A stretch of DNA of 64,000 nucleotides, from contig CAMYMI010000001.1 of assembly GCA_947259415.1 (NCBI GenBank), forward strand, positions 33,842 to 97,841. Reading direction: 5' to 3'. This document shows, one piece after another, positions 9,938-20,277 of the stretch; within the stretch, counting starts at the first letter, position 1, and every line of letters begins with the position of its first letter. This DNA comes from an uncultured Ectothiorhodospiraceae bacterium (GTDB lineage Bacteria > Pseudomonadota > Gammaproteobacteria > UBA9214). Position numbers and translations under genes: made by a program. The notes under the pieces are model-generated. The model was given only the letters and a program-made list of their open reading frames with translations, did not search any database and had not been told where the DNA came from.

Positions 9938-10295
9938 GAAGGGGGAGTCGGCCGGTAAGCCGGGTTCTGTCGTGGACAGCCATTCATCTGGGATACACGT
10001 CACCGTGCACCTCGAGCGACCTACCCGGGAACCATGCGGGCCGCATGATCGTTCCCCTATTTGGTCTTGCTCCGGGTGGGGTTTACCCTGCCACGCCTGT
10101 TACCAGGCGCGCGGTGCGCTCTTACCGCACCATTTCACCCTTACCCGACCACTCACGAATGAATGATCGGGCGGTATATTTTCTGTGGCACTTTCCATGG
10201 ACTCGCGTCCCCCAGGAATTACCTGGCACCCTGCCCTGTGGAGCCCGGACTTTCCTCCCCGCAAGCGGGGCGACTGCCTGGCCAACTCCCGTCCA
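9938..10295 (-). ncRNA. rnpB: RNase P RNA (bacterial type A), M1 RNA
   Basis: The minus strand reads ..GGAAAGTCCGGGCTCCACAGGGCAGGGTGCCAGGTAA..AGGGTGAAATGGTGCGGTAAGAGCGCACC..GGTAAACCCCACCCGGAGCAAGACCAAATAGGGG..ACAGAACCCGGCTTA.., the universally conserved P4/P10-12/P15 regions of E. coli M1 RNA; ends approximate (+/-10 nt). Confidence 0.8.
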
Positions 10296-10423
10296 CAATT
10301 ATAGGGAAAAACGGCAGGCAGGACGACAAAAAACGCCACTCAAGGCTCATACCCTACCTGATAAATACGCCGCAAGTGACTGATATGATGAATATCAGTT
10401 CAGTCACGGGGCATAAGGACGAC

Positions 10424-10921
10424 CTAGCCACGGGAGCGTGGCTTGCCCTGTCTGCGCAACAGCTTCCCCAGAGCCAGGTTGAGCAGGCTGTCACGCGACA
10501 ACCAGGGGATAACCGGTTTGGAAGCGCGCCGGTTGAACTCCCTGCGTAAGCGCCGCAGGTCCGGGTGTTTGTGATCTATCGCCAGACCCCGTCGCATTGC
10601 CATGTAGGCACCGCCCCTGAAGCCCAGCTGGTACTCGGCCATGGCCAGGTTGTAGTACACCTCCACATCCTCCTGTTCGGCGACAGCCGCCTGGCGGCAG
10701 AGCTTCACACCGTTCTCGTCGCCCATAAGGACGCGCACCAGCCCATGGAAGGAGGTGTATCGGTTCTGATAGATATCATCCATCTCGGCCAGTTCATCGG
10801 CAGCCCGGAACATCTCCAGCGCACCTTCAAGATCACGTCTCTCGTAGCGGCGCATCCCGTCGAGAAAGTCATCGCGCGGCCGTGTGCGGCTGCCGGTTTC
10901 CCATGGATCGTATTGTGCCAT
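10424..10921 (-). CDS. Hypothetical protein, TPR-like
   Basis: Start moved to MAQYDPWETG (ATG 10921); helical repeats (..YYNLAMAEYQLGF..); no family assignable. Confidence 0.35.
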   Translation of the reverse strand: MAQYDPWETGSRTRPRDDFLDGMRRYERRDLEGALEMFRAADELAEMDDIYQNRYTSFHGLVRVLMGDENGVKLCRQAAVAEQEDVEVYYNLAMAEYQLGFRGGAYMAMRRGLAIDHKHPDLRRLRREFNRRASKPVIPWLSRDSLLNLALGKLLRRQGKPRSRG

Positions 10922-11151
10922 CGCCACTCCCAGATAGCGTCGCGCCTGGATTATCAACCACCCGTGTTGCCGTGTCCGCCGTCTGAAGACACTACTGGGA
11001 TCAACCACAGAACTCAGGCAGTTCTGGAGCAGCGGGAAGGGTAATCCATACAGCGGAAAACGCAAGCCGGGCGTCTTGACGCGGGCAGCGACTTCGAGCA
11101 ACCTTGCGACTCGCCGAACACCCGCAAACACGCACAGGATAGAACTACGGA

Positions 11152-12639
11152 ATGAACATTCTTTTTGCCAGCAGTGAGGCCCACCCCTTGATCAAGACCG
11201 GGGGCCTGGCTGACGTGTCCGGCAGCCTGCCGCGTGCCATTTTGGGGCTGCGCCACGACATTCGCGTCATCATTCCCGCCTACCGCGAGATACTCAGGTA
11301 TGCCGAACACCTGACACTGGCCGCCTACCTGGACCTGGAGGGTGTCAGCCAGCCGGTGCGCATCCTGAGCGGACGTCTCCCCGGCGGCAACGTGAAACTC
11401 TACCTGGTCGACTCTCCGTCGCACTTCGACCGGGCCGGCAATCCCTACACCAGCAGGAGCGGCAGTCCCTGGCCAGACAACGCCGAACGCTTTACCGTAT
11501 TCTGCCGCGCCATACATGCACTTGCCGTCAATGCCGCCGGTCTCGACTGGCAGCCGGATATCGTGCATTGCAACGACTGGCAAACGGGGCTGGTGCCAGT
11601 GATGCTGCGGGAAACATCGGCGGCACCCGCATCGATTTTCACCATCCACAACCTGGCCTACCAGGGGTTGTTCGACTGGAAGACCTTCCAGTCACTTAAA
11701 CTGCCCGCGGACTGGTGGTCGGTCGATGCCCTCGAATTTCACAACAAGTTCTCCTTTATCAAGGGCGGCCTGATCTATGCGGACTGGTTGACGACCGTGA
11801 GCCCGACTTATGCCGACGAGATCTGTACCCCGGAATTCGGCTACGGGCTGGAGGGCCTGCTCAACCACCGCAAGGAGACCCTTACAGGCATCCTCAACGG
11901 CGGGGATTACACGATCTGGAATCCCGGGCGCGACCTTCACATCCCGGTGCAATTCAACCCCCGCTCGCTGTTCCACAAGACCGAGAACAAGCGGGCACTA
12001 CAGGAGCACTTTTCCCTGCCTGTTGACAATGCCGTGCCCCTGTTTGCCGTCATCAGCCGACTGGTCGAACAGAAAGGCATCGACCTGATTCTGGAAATCC
12101 TGCCGGATCTGGTAAAACAGAACGCCCAGCTGGTGATACTCGGCAGCGGTGACAACAAGCTGGAAGCCGCCCTGCGACTGGCCAGCACCCGGCACCCGGA
12201 GCATATCGGGATTCACATCGGCTATGACGAAGTGCTGGCACATCACATCGAGGCCGGCGCCGATATCTTCCTGATGCCGTCCCGGTTTGAACCCTGCGGC
12301 CTGAACCAGATCTACAGCCTGCGTTACGGGACGGTGCCTGTGGTGCGCAGCACGGGTGGGTTGGCAGACACTGTGGTCGATACCACGCCCGAGACCCTCG
12401 AGGACAAGACCGCCACCGGCTTCCGTTTTCACACGGCCTCGGCGAGCGCGCTGTGGGGCGCGGTCGAGCGCGCCCTCGATCATTACCGGAAACCCGAGAG
12501 CTGGGCACAGATCGTGATTACCGGCATGCGCCAGGACTTCAGCTGGAAACGCAGTGCACAGCAGTATGTCGAGCTCTACGCCCGGGTCATGGCCCGCCAG
12601 CAAAACGCTCAGCCCCTACGAAAGACAGTTATTCAATAA
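11152..12639 (+). CDS. glgA: Glycogen (starch) synthase
   Basis: MNILFASSEAHPLIKTGGLADV.. KTGGL motif, GT5/GT1 fold, 495 aa. Confidence 0.85.
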   Translation: MNILFASSEAHPLIKTGGLADVSGSLPRAILGLRHDIRVIIPAYREILRYAEHLTLAAYLDLEGVSQPVRILSGRLPGGNVKLYLVDSPSHFDRAGNPYTSRSGSPWPDNAERFTVFCRAIHALAVNAAGLDWQPDIVHCNDWQTGLVPVMLRETSAAPASIFTIHNLAYQGLFDWKTFQSLKLPADWWSVDALEFHNKFSFIKGGLIYADWLTTVSPTYADEICTPEFGYGLEGLLNHRKETLTGILNGGDYTIWNPGRDLHIPVQFNPRSLFHKTENKRALQEHFSLPVDNAVPLFAVISRLVEQKGIDLILEILPDLVKQNAQLVILGSGDNKLEAALRLASTRHPEHIGIHIGYDEVLAHHIEAGADIFLMPSRFEPCGLNQIYSLRYGTVPVVRSTGGLADTVVDTTPETLEDKTATGFRFHTASASALWGAVERALDHYRKPESWAQIVITGMRQDFSWKRSAQQYVELYARVMARQQNAQPLRKTVIQ

Positions 12640-12730
12640 GTTAGAGCTATATCCTCGAATCTGAGTGAATCGCTTTGATGGGCTGAGAATCCACCGCGGC
12701 AGAGTATAATCCCCTTCCCTGATTCGGAAC

Positions 12731-12757
12731 GGGCCACGCCTAGCCGTGGCCTTTTTT
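12731..12757 (+). terminator. Intrinsic-terminator-like hairpin + U-tract (GGGCCACG-CCTAGC-CGTGGCC-TTTTTT) downstream of glgA and 5 nt upstream of ppc ATG
   Basis: Perfect 7-bp GC-rich stem followed by T6, read directly. Confidence 0.5.
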
Positions 12758-12761
12758 GTAC

Positions 12762-15593
12762 ATGACAAAAACAGAAACACCGGTATTCGAACTACCCCGG
12801 GACAAGGACTTGCGCAGCCGGGTACGGCTGTTCGGCAACCTGCTGGGCGAGGTGCTGCGCGAGCAGGCCGGCGAGGAGATACTGTCCGCCGTCGAGACCC
12901 TGCGCAAGGGTTATATCAAGCTGCGCAAACAGGACAATCCCGCATTGCGTACCCGCCTCTCCAGGGTCATCGACTCCCTGGACCCGGATCAGCTGACCCA
13001 TGTGATACGGGCATTCAACCTCTATTTCAGCCTGGTGAATATCGCTGAAGAATCCTTCCAGCACGAACAACGCCGACGCCAGGTCCGCAAGAAGGAACCA
13101 TTATGGGTCGGCTCTTTCTCGCAAACATTGCAGGCATTCCATGACGAGGGGGTGGAGCCCTATCAGCTGCAGATACTGCTGAACCAGGCACTCTATTTCC
13201 CGGTGTTCACGGCACACCCGACCGAGGCTATCCGCCGCACCGTCATGTCGGCACTGCGTCGCTTCTTCGTGACCAGTGAACAACTCGACGACATGCGGCT
13301 CGGCCGCGAGGAACGCAGGGAAATCACCGAGGATCTCAAGCGCCAGATACAGGTCCTGTGGAAGACCGACGAGGTACGGGTACACAAGCCCACCGTCGAG
13401 GACGAAATACGTAACGGGCTCTACTATTTTCGTGAAAGCCTGTTCGAGGCCGTTCCGCAGACCTACCGCTACCTGGAAAAGGCCATCAGGCGTGTCTATG
13501 GATCCGGCGACGACACCCCGATCGTAACCGTTCCCGGCGGTATCATACATTTCGGTTCCTGGATCGGCGGCGATCGCGACGGCAACCCTTACGTCAAGCC
13601 GGCCACTACTGTAACCGCCCTTCGGCTGCACAGCCGCGAGGTACTGATTACCTACCTGCGCCGCATCGAGGAATTGAGTTACCGACTCACCCATTCCTCA
13701 CGCCTGTGTTCCTTCTCGCCTGCGCTGCTCGACAGTATCAGCAGCGACGAGCAGCAATTCAGCGACGCCTGCTCACTGTACCCGACCCGCTACCTGCATG
13801 AGCCCTACCGACGCAAGCTGTGCATCATGCGCCACCGCCTGAAACTGAACCTGGCAGCCATCATCGAGCGCCTGGACAATCCGGACATCGACACGTCAAC
13901 ACAGGAGATTGGCTATGCCAGTGAGCAGGGCCTGTTGCAGGACCTGCAGCTGATCCGCGACTCCCTGATAGCAAATCATGACGCAAACCTGGCGGAAGGC
14001 AGGCTGAAGGACCTGATCCGGCTGGTGGAAACCTTTGGCTTCTTCCTGATGCATCTTGATATCCGCCAGGAGTCAACGCGCCATACCGAGGCCATCAGCG
14101 AGATCTGCCACGCCCTGCCGGGCGGCATTGACTATGACGCGCTCGATGAGGGTGCACGCCAGGAGTTCCTGACCCGGGCGTTTGCAACTGCACCGCCGGC
14201 GCTTGACCGAAGCGGCCTGTCGGTAGAAACACGCGAGGTCCTGGAGGTATTCGATGTCATGCAGCGCATGCGCCAGGAAGTCAGTCCTGAGGCCTTCGGG
14301 AACTATGTGATCTCCATGACGCATACGGCCAGCCATGTGCTCGAGGTCATGTACCTCGCCTGGCTAACCGGCCTGGCCGGGAAGCAGGCGGATCAGTGGT
14401 TCTGCAATATCCGCATCAGTCCACTGTTCGAAACCATCGACGACCTTGAGCATATCGAGGAGGTGCTGGCCCAGCTGCTGGATAACACAACCTACCGCTC
14501 ACTGCTGAACTGCGCCTGCAAGTGCCAGGAGATCATGCTGGGCTACTCCGACTCCTGCAAGGATGGGGGGATACTCGCATCCAACTGGAGGCTCTACGAG
14601 GCACAGAAAAAGATCATCGCCATTGCCGACACGCATGGCATCCAGTGCCGGCTGTTTCATGGTCGTGGCGGGACCATCGGGCGCGGCGGCGGCCCTACCC
14701 ACGAGTCAATCCTGTCCCAGCCGCCAGGCACGGTGCACGGACAGATCAAGTTCACCGAACAGGGGGAGGTGTTACGCTACAAGTACAGCAACGCCGAAAC
14801 CGCTGTCTACGAGCTCTCCATGGGTGTCACCGGCCTGCTGAAGGCGAGCCGGGTCGTGATCAGGCCGCATGAGGATGACCGCCGCGACTACATGGGGATC
14901 ATGGACGAACTCATCCGCCTTGGCGAGGCGTCCTACCGCGACCTTATCGACCACACCGAGGGCCTGTTCGATTATTTCTACGAGGTCACACCCGTCACCG
15001 AAATCGGCCTGTTGAATATCGGCTCACGTCCCTCGCATCGCAAGCAGCAGGACCGTTCCAAGACCTCAATCCGGGCTATCCCCTGGGTATTCGGCTGGGC
15101 CCAGTCCCGGCATACCCTGCCGGCCTGGTACGGACTGGGTACGGCGCTTGAGCAGTGGCGCGATGCCAACCCGGGGCGCATGTCACAACTCCAGATCATG
15201 TACCGCGAATGGCCCTTCTTCCATGCCCTGCTGAGCAACATCCAGATGGCACTGTTCAAGGGCGAGATGAACATCGCACACGAATACACCCGCCTGGCCA
15301 GTGACGCCGAGTCGGCCGAACGCATCTATCGCAAGATCAGTGATGAATACCGGCGTACCGTTATGCAGGTGCTGCATGTCTGCAATCTGCACCAGTTGCT
15401 CGAGGAAAGCCCGGCACTCGGTCTGTCGCTGCATCGCCGCAATCCCTACCTCGATCCGCTGAATAACATCCAGGTCACACTGCTGGCACGCTACCGCAAC
15501 AGCAATCTGTCCGACGATCAGCGTGAACGCTGGCTGCACCCGCTGCTGCGGTCGATCAATGCAATCGCCAGCGGAATGCGCAACACCGGCTGA
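12762..15593 (+). CDS. ppc: Phosphoenolpyruvate carboxylase
   Basis: 943 aa; ..VFTAHPTE.., ..GYSDSCKDGG.., C-terminal ..QNTG; first ATG at 12762 (track ORF begins at TTG 12756). Confidence 0.9.
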   Translation: MTKTETPVFELPRDKDLRSRVRLFGNLLGEVLREQAGEEILSAVETLRKGYIKLRKQDNPALRTRLSRVIDSLDPDQLTHVIRAFNLYFSLVNIAEESFQHEQRRRQVRKKEPLWVGSFSQTLQAFHDEGVEPYQLQILLNQALYFPVFTAHPTEAIRRTVMSALRRFFVTSEQLDDMRLGREERREITEDLKRQIQVLWKTDEVRVHKPTVEDEIRNGLYYFRESLFEAVPQTYRYLEKAIRRVYGSGDDTPIVTVPGGIIHFGSWIGGDRDGNPYVKPATTVTALRLHSREVLITYLRRIEELSYRLTHSSRLCSFSPALLDSISSDEQQFSDACSLYPTRYLHEPYRRKLCIMRHRLKLNLAAIIERLDNPDIDTSTQEIGYASEQGLLQDLQLIRDSLIANHDANLAEGRLKDLIRLVETFGFFLMHLDIRQESTRHTEAISEICHALPGGIDYDALDEGARQEFLTRAFATAPPALDRSGLSVETREVLEVFDVMQRMRQEVSPEAFGNYVISMTHTASHVLEVMYLAWLTGLAGKQADQWFCNIRISPLFETIDDLEHIEEVLAQLLDNTTYRSLLNCACKCQEIMLGYSDSCKDGGILASNWRLYEAQKKIIAIADTHGIQCRLFHGRGGTIGRGGGPTHESILSQPPGTVHGQIKFTEQGEVLRYKYSNAETAVYELSMGVTGLLKASRVVIRPHEDDRRDYMGIMDELIRLGEASYRDLIDHTEGLFDYFYEVTPVTEIGLLNIGSRPSHRKQQDRSKTSIRAIPWVFGWAQSRHTLPAWYGLGTALEQWRDANPGRMSQLQIMYREWPFFHALLSNIQMALFKGEMNIAHEYTRLASDAESAERIYRKISDEYRRTVMQVLHVCNLHQLLEESPALGLSLHRRNPYLDPLNNIQVTLLARYRNSNLSDDQRERWLHPLLRSINAIASGMRNTG

Positions 15594-15684
15594 GGCCTGC
15601 CCCGGGGCATTCCAGGCAAATCACGGCCAGTCCTCGGGATGGGTTATAGTATCAGAACCTTGGTCTAGCGGAGTCAACCTGCCG

Positions 15685-17052
15685 ATGGCAAAACGGCTTG
15701 CACTGGTTGTCGATGATTCAAAAACAGCGCGCATTACCCTGCAACGCATGCTGGAGAAACAGGGCGTTGATGTCGACACTGTGGAATCCGCTCAGGATGC
15801 TCTGAATTACCTTGCCGGCAAGACCCCGAATCTGATCTTCATGGACCACATGATGCCGGGGATGGATGGCTTCCAGGCCGTTAAGGCCATCAAGAAAAAT
15901 CCTGCTACCGCTATCATCCCCATCATGATGTATACCTCCAAGGGGGGTGAGCTGTACATGAGCCAGGCGCGCGCCCTGGGTGCGGTCGGCATCATGCCCA
16001 AGGAAGTCCAGCCAGCTGAACTGTTCCAGGTGCTCAAGCGGCTCGATATGATCGAGGACCGGCGCAAGCCATCGCCCACCGGGACCAATCAGTTTGTGCT
16101 CCTCGACACGACCCCGGAAGTCAGTCCTGGTCCTGGCCCCGGCCGGGACGCGATCCAGGAGATTGCCCGGGAGGCAGCCGAGTCGATCAACCATGACAGC
16201 GAGCTGCAGCTGCATCTTGGTGACCTGCTGGAGCGCTACCACAACGACCTCCGGGAAGAGATCCAGCGGCTCCGCGACGACCTGGGGCAACCGGTGGCCA
16301 GGGCCACGGGGCTCGGTGCACTGCGGCGAACAGTCCGCACCGGCGGCGTATTCATCCCTCTGGTGGTCCTGCTGATCCTGCTGATCCCGCTACTCTGGAT
16401 GTACCGTTTCAGTGATGAAACACTCCAGGAACTGGAAGACGCCCGGGAGTTGATCGCCAGCTTGCAGGCCCGGCAACAGCAACAGGTTCAACTGGCGAGC
16501 ACGGAAAGCGCCACCTTGCGCAGCCGGCTGGATGAACAGCAAAACCGCAACAATGAACAGTCAGCGCTGCTGTACAAGAGCATCACCTGGGCCATCAACC
16601 AGAGCAGTCCCTACGATATTCAACAAGAGGCCTTCAGCGACCGGCGCCTGGCCATTGTGCACGAACTGGTATCACGCCTGCAGGCCCTGGGATTCAAGGG
16701 GACGCTCAGGCTGGAGTCACACCTGGGGGAATTCTGCCTGGTCGGCTCTGAGGCCGATGGCTACACACTCGCCCCCGCTGATCTGCCGGTGCGTGACTGT
16801 GCTGTCTACGGACACCCGTTGCAGCACCTGCCGGCGATCGGCGAACGGCAGTCGATCGCATTTGCCAATTTTCTTGCCACTTCCCCGCTGGTCAACGACA
16901 GTGATATCAGCATCGAGATCGTCTCCCACAACTACAACCAGCCGCGGGTACCCTACCCGGCACGGCATTCCGATATCACTGCCTATGAATGGAACCGTAT
17001 CGCCGCGACCAACAACCGCGTGGAGATCAACCTGGTGCCGTCGGGCTCCTGA
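15685..17052 (+). CDS. Response-regulator receiver (CheY-like) fused to a TM helix, coiled coil and OmpA/MotB-like C-terminal domain
   Basis: Receiver signature LALVVDDSKTARITL..IFMDHMMPGMDG..MMYTSKGG; PGPGPG linker; hydrophobic GGVFIPLVVLLILLIPLLWMY; Q-rich coiled coil; C-terminus ..ERQSIAFANFL..NNRVEINLV resembles the end of OmpA_C-like domains. Confidence 0.6.
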   Translation: MAKRLALVVDDSKTARITLQRMLEKQGVDVDTVESAQDALNYLAGKTPNLIFMDHMMPGMDGFQAVKAIKKNPATAIIPIMMYTSKGGELYMSQARALGAVGIMPKEVQPAELFQVLKRLDMIEDRRKPSPTGTNQFVLLDTTPEVSPGPGPGRDAIQEIAREAAESINHDSELQLHLGDLLERYHNDLREEIQRLRDDLGQPVARATGLGALRRTVRTGGVFIPLVVLLILLIPLLWMYRFSDETLQELEDARELIASLQARQQQQVQLASTESATLRSRLDEQQNRNNEQSALLYKSITWAINQSSPYDIQQEAFSDRRLAIVHELVSRLQALGFKGTLRLESHLGEFCLVGSEADGYTLAPADLPVRDCAVYGHPLQHLPAIGERQSIAFANFLATSPLVNDSDISIEIVSHNYNQPRVPYPARHSDITAYEWNRIAATNNRVEINLVPSGS

Positions 17053-17082
17053 CCAGCCCACTTCTGCCCGCCCGCGCCGCCT

Positions 17083-19032
17083 TCAGCCCTCCTCATCGGC
17101 TGGCGGCCCTTCCATCAATTCCTTCCACCTGATGATCAGGTAGGGCATGGACTCCGGCGAGTCCTGCAACTGGGCACCGGCCCAGGCAGCGGTTTTGAAT
17201 GCCTTCCCGGTATAGTCCCGGTTACCTCCCAGACGTCCCAGGTCCAGCAGGGTATGGACCGCGATCCCGTTGGCCGACAGTATCGCCCCGTCACTGGCCT
17301 CTTTCTCACGCAGCCATAGTTCGGTATTCGCCGGGGTACGGTAAAACCCGCCATTTTCGGCATCCCAGTAAATGGCAAGCAGTGAATCGGCCAGCTGCCG
17401 CGCCTGCAGCAGGTAGGGCTTCTCACCCGTCACCTTGAAGAGGCCCAACAGCCCCTGGGCGAGCGCAGCGTAATCATCGCTGAAGCCCGGCACGCCCCGC
17501 ACACCGTGGCGCCAGTCCCGGTAAAGCACACCGTCCTTCTCGTCATAGAGTTCATCCATGACAAACGCCGCCGTGGCAGTAGCCACCTCGATATAACGCG
17601 GCTCATCCAGCAGGCGTCCGGCCATGGCCAGTGTCGTGATCATGTAGCCATTCCATGCCGTCACAACCTTGTCATCCAGCGGCACGGGGGGACGCTCCCG
17701 GCGCGCCTCGAGCAGTCGCTGTTTCACCCCGGTATCGCGCTTGCTGGCACTGGCCAGGTCGAGCTTGAACTGCTGGGCCAGGGCCGCGCTATCCAGCGCC
17801 AGGTAAGGCACATTGCGGCCGCCCATCTCGCCCAGCGGGTCACTCAGTGCATTGCCCTGCTCTGTCATGCCATAACGTGCTGCTGCCCAATCGCGTAAAT
17901 CACCGTCACCGAGCGCCTCGGTGAGTTGTTGCCAGGTCCAGGTGTAATACACCCCCTCCTCCATGTGCCCGGAGCGGTCATGACCGGCATAGCTGTCTGC
18001 ACTCAGCGCAGAATGGAAACCACCCCGGTCGTCATGCAGCTGTGCAAGGGAAAAATCGAGGATCTCGCGTGCAACCCCGGCATGGCGCTCATCCCGGGTA
18101 AGCCGGTAGGCCGCCAGGTAGGCGCGCGCCACCAGCGCCTGGTCATAGAGCATCTTCTCGAAATGCGGCACCCGCCACTCGAGATCTGTGGAATAGCGGT
18201 GTATACCGCCCTCGAGCTGGTCGTAGATGCCACCCGCCGCCATCTTGTCCAGGGTATGCAGCGCCATATCTACGCTGGCCGGTTCCCCCGACTGCAACAG
18301 GAACAGCAGGCGCCCCGGCTGCGGGAACTTGGGCGACGGGCCAAAGCCCCCATGGAACTCATCGTAGTTGGCGGCGAATTGCTTGTGGGCCCGGGTGGGG
18401 ATGTCATCCGTCAGCCTGGACAGGGGGGTGACCGAAGACCCGATCTCGCGCAGTATGGCCACGGCATTCTGCGCCGACTCCTGGATGCGCTCGGGTGCCT
18501 CTCTCCAGAGTTCATCCAGCGTGGACAGGATCTGTGTCATGCCGGGCCGGCCCAGGCCGGGTTCCGGTGGGTAATAGGTGCCGCCCATGAACGGATGGCC
18601 CTCCGGTGTGGCCCACACAGACATCGGCCAGCCGCCCTGCCCGCTCGTTGCCATCACATAATTCATGTAGACCGCATCCACATCCGGGCGCTGCTCACGG
18701 TCAACCTTGATGGACACGAAGCCCTTATTCAGCAACGCAGCGATTTTGGGATTGCTGAACGACTCGCGTGCCATGACATGGCACCAGTGACAGGTGAAAT
18801 AACCGATCGAGATGAATACCGGCTTGTTCTCCCGGCGCGCCTTGGCGAACGCCTCCTCGCCCCAGGGGTACCACTCCACCGGGTTATCGGCATGCAGACG
18901 CAAGTAGGGACTGGACTCCAGCGCCAGCCGCCAGCCACCGGTTTTTCCCCCGGTCACGGCATCGCTGGCCGGCACCAGCAGAATAGCAGCGACCAGGCAG
19001 GCCCGGAGATGGCGACCCAGCGTAACGGTCAT
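17083..19032 (-). CDS. Thioredoxin-domain protein, DUF255/YyaL family (thioredoxin-like + six-hairpin glycosidase-like domain)
   Basis: ..[50 protein letters not shown].. is the diagnostic DUF255 block; signal peptide from ATG 19032. Confidence 0.75.
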   Translation of the reverse strand: MTVTLGRHLRACLVAAILLVPASDAVTGGKTGGWRLALESSPYLRLHADNPVEWYPWGEEAFAKARRENKPVFISIGYFTCHWCHVMARESFSNPKIAALLNKGFVSIKVDREQRPDVDAVYMNYVMATSGQGGWPMSVWATPEGHPFMGGTYYPPEPGLGRPGMTQILSTLDELWREAPERIQESAQNAVAILREIGSSVTPLSRLTDDIPTRAHKQFAANYDEFHGGFGPSPKFPQPGRLLFLLQSGEPASVDMALHTLDKMAAGGIYDQLEGGIHRYSTDLEWRVPHFEKMLYDQALVARAYLAAYRLTRDERHAGVAREILDFSLAQLHDDRGGFHSALSADSYAGHDRSGHMEEGVYYTWTWQQLTEALGDGDLRDWAAARYGMTEQGNALSDPLGEMGGRNVPYLALDSAALAQQFKLDLASASKRDTGVKQRLLEARRERPPVPLDDKVVTAWNGYMITTLAMAGRLLDEPRYIEVATATAAFVMDELYDEKDGVLYRDWRHGVRGVPGFSDDYAALAQGLLGLFKVTGEKPYLLQARQLADSLLAIYWDAENGGFYRTPANTELWLREKEASDGAILSANGIAVHTLLDLGRLGGNRDYTGKAFKTAAWAGAQLQDSPESMPYLIIRWKELMEGPPADEEG

Positions 19033-19105
19033 TGTGTGCAAGGAGCTGTTTCGGTCATGCCTGATTGGAGCCCCGCCAGCGGGAATGGTTCCTGCCACCG
19101 GGGAG

Positions 19106-19387
19106 TTAGCCTGTCTCGAAGCGGTAATGCTTGGAGACGGGTGCGGTCACCTCCCAGACACAGGACATGCCCCGTGGAAAAGTCACCAGGTCACCCGGTA
19201 CGATGGAGACGGGATCGCCGCCTTCAGGCGTCACGGTGATCGCACCCTCGAGGATGTAGCAGGTCTCCTGGTTGTCATAGGTCCAGTCGAATCGCGACAC
19301 CTCCTTGGTCCAGATCGGCCAGTCGTTGATGCCGAGCGATTCCAGTTCCTCCGGGCTCAGTCCTTTTTTAATAGTGATTGTCTGCAT
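19106..19387 (-). CDS. Cupin-domain protein (DUF861/cupin_3-like)
   Basis: 93 aa, ..[33 protein letters not shown].. cupin motifs. Confidence 0.55.
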   Translation of the reverse strand: MQTITIKKGLSPEELESLGINDWPIWTKEVSRFDWTYDNQETCYILEGAITVTPEGGDPVSIVPGDLVTFPRGMSCVWEVTAPVSKHYRFETG

Positions 19388-19423
19388 GAAGCACCTGGGT
19401 TGTAAAATTTAAATCTGCGGCGA

Positions 19424-19639
19424 CTAGCGCCGAAAGAACAGGTTGATAATGAGGGTCAGCAGCACACTGACGATGATCATCGAGGTGATGGGTATGAAGA
19501 TCCGGCTGTTGCCGCGCTCGATGCGGATATCCCCCGGCAGGTGTCCGAACCAGCCCAACAGCCATGGCGCATAGGTCAGTATCAGCCCGATGAAGGTAAT
19601 TACCAGGCCAAGCATCAGTAACACTTTGCCGATGGTCAT
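19424..19639 (-). CDS. DUF2905 family small membrane protein
   Basis: 71 aa, two TM helices, ..HLPGDIRIERGNSRIFIPITSMII.. pattern. Confidence 0.55.
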   Translation of the reverse strand: MTIGKVLLMLGLVITFIGLILTYAPWLLGWFGHLPGDIRIERGNSRIFIPITSMIIVSVLLTLIINLFFRR

Positions 19640-19642
19640 GGA

Positions 19643-20155
19643 CTAGCCCGAAGACAGGAACCGTGGTCTGCGGGTCTGCACAGCACGACCCGACAATGCC
19701 TTTCTTACGAATGGCGCCAGGTGTTCCTCCGCAAAGACATCGCTGCGCCAGATCTCGTTGCTGACCACCCTCAGCTTGTTTGGTGCAACGACATAAGCCC
19801 AGGCGCGACGCGGCTTCCCTCCCGTCTCGCTGGCACGCACCTGGTGCCGGTGATAATAGTCGCCTTCAAAGCGGTCCAGCAGCCGCAACAGTCGCCTGCC
19901 GATACCCCGATAGATAACACCGGCAGTAGACGTTCCGTGCTGGCCGACGATTCCCGGGAATAACTCTCCGCGAAGGGTATAACAGGCATAGTCGGGCAGG
20001 ACGGCAGGATGGCCATAAACGCGCAGCCCGGTCAGCGCCTGCATCACGTCCGGGAACTGCAGGGTGCCATAACAGAACAGCAACAAGATCGGACCCTTTC
20101 TGGTTAGTCGCCAAGCCGGCCCGGTGATCTGGACCCCGGCTCGACCATAGGACAA
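19643..20155 (-). CDS. Gamma-glutamylcyclotransferase-like (AIG2/GGCT fold) protein
   Basis: ..LLFCYGTLQFPDVMQAL.. YGTL motif; exact start uncertain. Confidence 0.5.
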   Translation of the reverse strand: MSYGRAGVQITGPAWRLTRKGPILLLFCYGTLQFPDVMQALTGLRVYGHPAVLPDYACYTLRGELFPGIVGQHGTSTAGVIYRGIGRRLLRLLDRFEGDYYHRHQVRASETGGKPRRAWAYVVAPNKLRVVSNEIWRSDVFAEEHLAPFVRKALSGRAVQTRRPRFLSSG

Positions 20156-20277
20156 CGGCGAGCGCTTCGCAATATCCCGCTGCCAGCGGTACCCGGACGC
20201 TACGGCATTGGGGATGGGAATGCATGCCGGCCCGGATTGACAGGCATGCGCCGGATACCAACGGTGAGACCGCCGGA

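Noticed and set aside
11152-12639. glgA without glgB/glgC/glgP neighbours as a possible anomaly
   Set aside because: Scattered glycogen genes are common in many proteobacteria; not informative by itself.
15594-15620. GCCTGCCCCGGGGCATTCCAGGC hairpin after ppc as a terminator
   Set aside because: It is a GC palindrome but has no downstream U-tract. It could be a Rho-dependent or REP-like element, with insufficient evidence.
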